Shown here one piece after another: positions 61,313 to 64,000 of a stretch of 64,000 nt of DNA (position 1 is the stretch's first letter; the number at the start of each line of letters is the position of its first letter). The notes under the pieces were generated by a model. The model was not told the origin of the DNA and ran no database searches. It saw only the letters and a program-made list of their open reading frames with translations. The translations under genes and the position numbers were made by a program. The DNA comes from Marsupella aquatica (lineage: Eukaryota; Plantae; Marchantiophyta), in contig OZ316898.1 in assembly GCA_973895155.1 (NCBI GenBank), forward strand, positions 5,939,079 to 6,003,078. The letters run 5' to 3'.

Positions 61313-64000
61313 ATGGAACAAATTCCTGCCGATGTGATGGATGCGGATGTGGAGGAAGACACTCGGAAGCGAAAACGGATTGAGGCACGGAGGAAGTTCC
61401 GCATTCTCACCACTACCGTTGTCGCCATGGGTCGCTTCCGCGTTGTCCTGGAGTTGGACGCAGAAAAGAAAGAGCAGGTTTGGTATTCTATGCCACGGTA
61501 TCTGTACTAAAGTTAGCAGAGCACTAGTAGATAAATGGATCACAGTGGGTGATGCCTATTTTGGTCTCACCTCTTGCGGGAAACAAATGAGATCATCTGC
61601 GCTGCCGACAGATCTGAAGTACTTTAGCAGGAGCGAAGGGATAGTAACTCTGGAGGCGATGCTCTTTGATTCCTTACCCCTTACAGTAATTGCGTGTCTG
61701 AATGGATGCTGTACGGTAGTTGTGAGGGCGATCTCTAACCTTCGTTGCTGATGTCAATATACAGGCTGAAAGCGAAATTCTCGCCTCGCTCGGAAATTTG
61801 GGACTACAGCCCTTGTCTGAAGAGTCGGTGGATGCCAATATCGCTAGAGATCAGGGGCAATGTTCGACACATTCAAGGGTAAGTGGACCATAAAGGCAGC
61901 TGTCCCTTCTCTGCAAAGGCTTTCTTATTATAGACAATTGCCGCTTAATTGGAGCATTGGTATCTTTTCAAAGCTTCGTCCTGGTTGACCTCCCATGCTG
62001 GTGCGGATTCGCAGGCCGAAGGGGCCATGGCCACAGGTTATGGGTCTCCCTTTATTCCACATGAACGATATTCTATGACAGAGGTAGAGAAAGACCCGTC
62101 TTATAAGCAGGTGTACTATTCTGCTAGCTCTTTCCTTATTTTTCCATTACGTAGACATTCCTAAACGCCCTTCACCACTATCTTGAGAGGTATGTGTTAT
62201 CTTGAAATCTTCCTTTTAGTTCTAAGCTTCCATACTCATCTGGATATAGACCCAAGGGGAAGTAATTACTCTGCCCCACGCAACTATCTGTGGGTCTCTC
62301 TTGATTCTCTATTTTACGAAAGGCCGAGAGGAACGCCATCCGTCTCGAATTTTTGAGCTAGTCCTGTTATCGTGAATGCTTCTTCCTATTCCTAATCTTC
62401 CATCCTGATGCGGATCCCCAGTCTGACGGGGAAATGATCACTATGCAATATGGTACTTATTACGAAACCTTCTCCAGTCGGAATCTCGCATACTCTCCGG
62501 TCGAGCGACAGGACAGTGGGCAATATCAACTGGTAACTACGAAATTATGCTCGTTCTTTTCCTCCTCTGCAACGACTTTGCCATCTTTAACATTGTCCTG
62601 TAAGCAATTGACCACTAATTTTGGGCAATTTTGTTATCCTGACAGCTTCTTCTACCTCTTAATGTTTTGGCCTGAATCTGATCCTTAGAACGAAGGGGAA
62701 AAGGAAACAGGGCCAGTTGAAGAATCGCCGGTTCGGGAACTGCAGAACATGTTCCCTGCTCAGATCGCGGTAAGGAAATGCAAAACACACTGCCTTTATG
62801 TGGTCTTCGCATCAGATGGGATGGATATATTCAATAATTTGTGAATTTCGATAGCTCTAGGAGACCTGCGATCTGCCGCTTTGCAAGAGTCTCTTTTCGA
62901 CCCTGAGTACCGCTCGAAACGTTATGGCTGCCCGTCCTAGTAGAGCAAAGCGGGCTCACAGATCTCTTAAAGGCTTTAGACGTGGATCTTTGTTTTTGCT
63001 TTTACCATCTTGCTTCAGAATGATATAATGTTGCCCAGCATTGATAATGAACGTGACACATCGATTAGGTGACACTTTGGATCTATCAGTACTACGTTGT
63101 AAGGCTGCGCGGCTGAGTCAATCAAACCTCTCCAGTTCCTCAATGACTTCTCATAGTGGATTGTCCAGATTTTAGTTTCTAATCTGGTTTGCTGTTGATG
63201 ATCGTTAGGATGTCGTCCCGGATGTCTTTGCCTCAAACGAGGTTTCTGACAGTGGATCATTCGAAGCCTTCCTCGAGGACCTTTTAAGATCAGGGCCAAT
63301 TGGCGAACAGGCCGTGGACTCGCCGCACTCTCCTAGAATATCGACCTTTTATGAGGGAATGCAAAGCGGGACAATAGATCAGTTCTCGGTTCGTTGGTCT
63401 ATTCCTTTCCTGTCATCACTCGAAAGTTTGGGCTACAGTAGCGAACTTACTATAGTAGCTCGCTATGATAAGTTGCTCCAACCTTATGCCTGGTTCCATT
63501 TTCTCCGTTTTTTAGAGTACACGCAGCGGTGTTAGAGTCGAAGTCAGATTTTAATTCAAGGCATTGAATCATCGATCAGTCAGATTTCGAATCAGGCTTC
63601 AGGCTTCACGATATCTCGAAGTTAGTAATAGATAGTGGATATAGAAATATAGAAATTTAAGAGTTTTCGAAGCCTTAGGTATGGCATGTGCTCAAAGCTT
63701 CTCGATTATGTACTGTGGCTTTCTAATCCTAATTGTTGATCCTATCCTCAGGAACAGCATGATGTTTCTGATTCAGAGTCCCCGATGCAGACCATGGAGA
63801 ATAATCCAGAGTGGACAAACTCCATCATACATGCTGTAAACACAAAGATTTCGGAAATTTACTTCTGTTTTGATCAGGCATCTGACCGCACCAAGCTACA
63901 AACAACGCAATCCGAAGCCGAGGAGTGTTCTGTTAAATTACAGAAAAAGATCCGCCACTTCCAGGGAGAATTCAACGGTATGTTCAATGAATTGAAAACC
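61313..64000 (+). CDS. Unknown-family paralog D (runs off the window): chimera with an A-type 5' half and a B-type 3' half
   Basis: Exons 61313-61477, 62015-62110, 62422-62532, 62689-62769, 63209-63388 and 63752->64000. All are phase 0, GT-AG and open. Indels relative to A or B are 33, 15, 3 and 12 nt, all multiples of 3. Confidence 0.75.

Overview
Intron-rich land-plant nuclear DNA; a seed-free plant such as a liverwort or moss is my guess from sequence style only. It holds two housekeeping genes: Hsc70-interacting protein HIP/ST13 (minus strand, 817-5283) and RNase P/MRP subunit RPP29/POP4 (plus strand, 17811-20278). There are two full-length Ty1/copia retrotransposons. One is older and decayed with nested insertions (8920-17140). 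The other is very young and intact with identical LTRs (48812-54054). hAT- and MULE-like MITEs, Helitron remnants and an RLE-type non-LTR fragment are also present. The main unexplained structure is a cluster of four paralogous multi-exon genes of a family I cannot assign, arranged A<- (21.3-23.9 kb), C<- (34.8-35.5 kb), ->B (47.4-55.3 kb), ->D (61.3->64 kb). All four begin with an exon encoding an MLCK-like 1-8-14 calmodulin-binding helix. A, B and D continue with interchangeable, mostly phase-0 cassette exons and end in a homologous alpha-helical domain. D looks like an in-frame chimera of the 5' half of A and the 3' half of B, and the B/D C-terminal domain has a strong excess of amino-acid-changing substitutions. 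C may encode only the CaM-binding micro-protein. All gene models were spliced by eye and need RNA-seq confirmation.
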